A stretch of DNA of 64,000 bases from Octopus vulgaris (taxonomy: Eukaryota), in contig OX597832.1 of assembly GCA_951406725.2 (NCBI GenBank), positions 186,001-250,000 of the forward strand, given 5' to 3'. The position numbers and the translations under genes were made by a program. The notes beneath the pieces were generated by a model. It ran no database searches and was not told the DNA's origin. It was given only the letters and a program-made list of their open reading frames with translations. Positions within the stretch are counted from its first letter, which is position 1, and each line of letters opens with the position of its first letter. Positions 62,922 through 64,000 of this stretch are shown here, piece after piece.

Positions 62922-64000
62922 CGAGGGACGTTCAATAAGTAATGCCCCTGACCCACTTGCAGTTGTTTGAAATTTTTGCATGTGCAATTATTCACATCTC
63001 AATAGATTAAGTGGCGAATTACAGCTCTGAACTACTTGTGGTTTCTGATTTACAGGTGTTTGAACTGAGTCAAGTGTGAAATGGAACCTGTTGAGTGTCG
63101 AGCAGTGGTCCAGTTTTTGTATTTGAAAGGACACACACCACGGGAGACTTTTGATGAAATGAAAGTAACTTATGGTGATGATGCCCCATCATATGACCTT
63201 GTAAAACGAAGGCATTGTTTATTCAAACATGGTCGGAACTCTGTGGAAACAGCTCCCAGATCTGCCCCCCCCCCTTCTGCCATTGATGAGGCATCTGTCC
63301 GTCAAGTTGAGGCTGCCATTTTGGAAGATCGACGCATAACTATTCGCCAAATAGCCCATGAGGTCAAGATTAGTACCGGGTCTGTGGAAACTATCATTCA
63401 TGACCATTTGCATATGCAAAAGGTGTCTGCCAGATGGATTCCCAGGCTGCTCACACCTTTCCAGAAGCAAGAACGCGTCGAGTGCTCGAGAATGAATTTA
63501 GGGATGTGCCAAGAAGATGAGTCAAAATTTTTCAAAAGACTGATTACACAGGATGAAACCTGGGTCCATCACTATGATTCAGAGACCAAAGCCCAGTCAA
63601 TGCAGTGGAAGCACCGTGACTCACCTCCTCCAAAGAAGGCAAGGGTGCAGCCCTCCGCTGGCAAGGTCATGCTCACAGTCTTCTGGGACCAGGACGGAGT
63701 AGTGATGACAGATTTCCTGGCAAAGGGTACCACAATTACAGGAGCCTATTATCCTTCACTTTTGAGGAAATTAAGAGAAGCTATCAAAATCAAGAGGTGG
63801 GGCAAGATCAGCAAAGGCATCCTCCTCCTGCAAGACAACGCTCCGGTCCACAACTCGCATCTCGCCAGATCAGAAGTACAGGTGTGTGGCTATGAACTCC
63901 TCCCCCATCCCCCCTACTCTCCTGACCTTGCACCCTCTGATTTTCACCTCTTCCCAGCCATGAAGTTGTTTTTGAAAGGAAAGCGTTTCCCAGATGATGC
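62922..64000 (+). mobile_element. Second copy of the mariner element, running off the window
   Basis: Same TIR after TA and ATG at 63081. Highly similar to 44801-46083 but with different indels. Confidence 0.95.

Overview
AT-rich, repeat-dense eukaryotic DNA, probably intronic or intergenic sequence of an octopus-like cephalopod (inferred from the tRNA-derived SINEs, (TA)n density and RTE tails; not verified). No intact host protein-coding gene was recognised. The window is a mosaic of decayed mobile elements: non-LTR retrotransposons (HERO-like, Tx1/L1-like, R4/Dong-like, RTE, CR1-like), Penelope-like elements (PLEs; GIY-YIG and RT remnants), Tc1/mariner transposons, a Helentron-like element, many SINEs and a U6 snRNA pseudogene. 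The least expected signal is non-coding. About a dozen type I hammerhead-ribozyme motifs, intact or decayed, sit in short PLE-style repeats. They include a G3:C8 core covariant, an A6U core variant, long stem II forms, and ~340-355 nt tandem retrozyme-like units. Pol III-type genes (U6, tRNA-like) occur in the same 'unit plus inverted 3' copy inside a microsatellite' architecture. An ORF1-only (HAL1-like) LINE derivative lies immediately upstream of one hammerhead. All structures were paired by eye and repeat boundaries are approximate.
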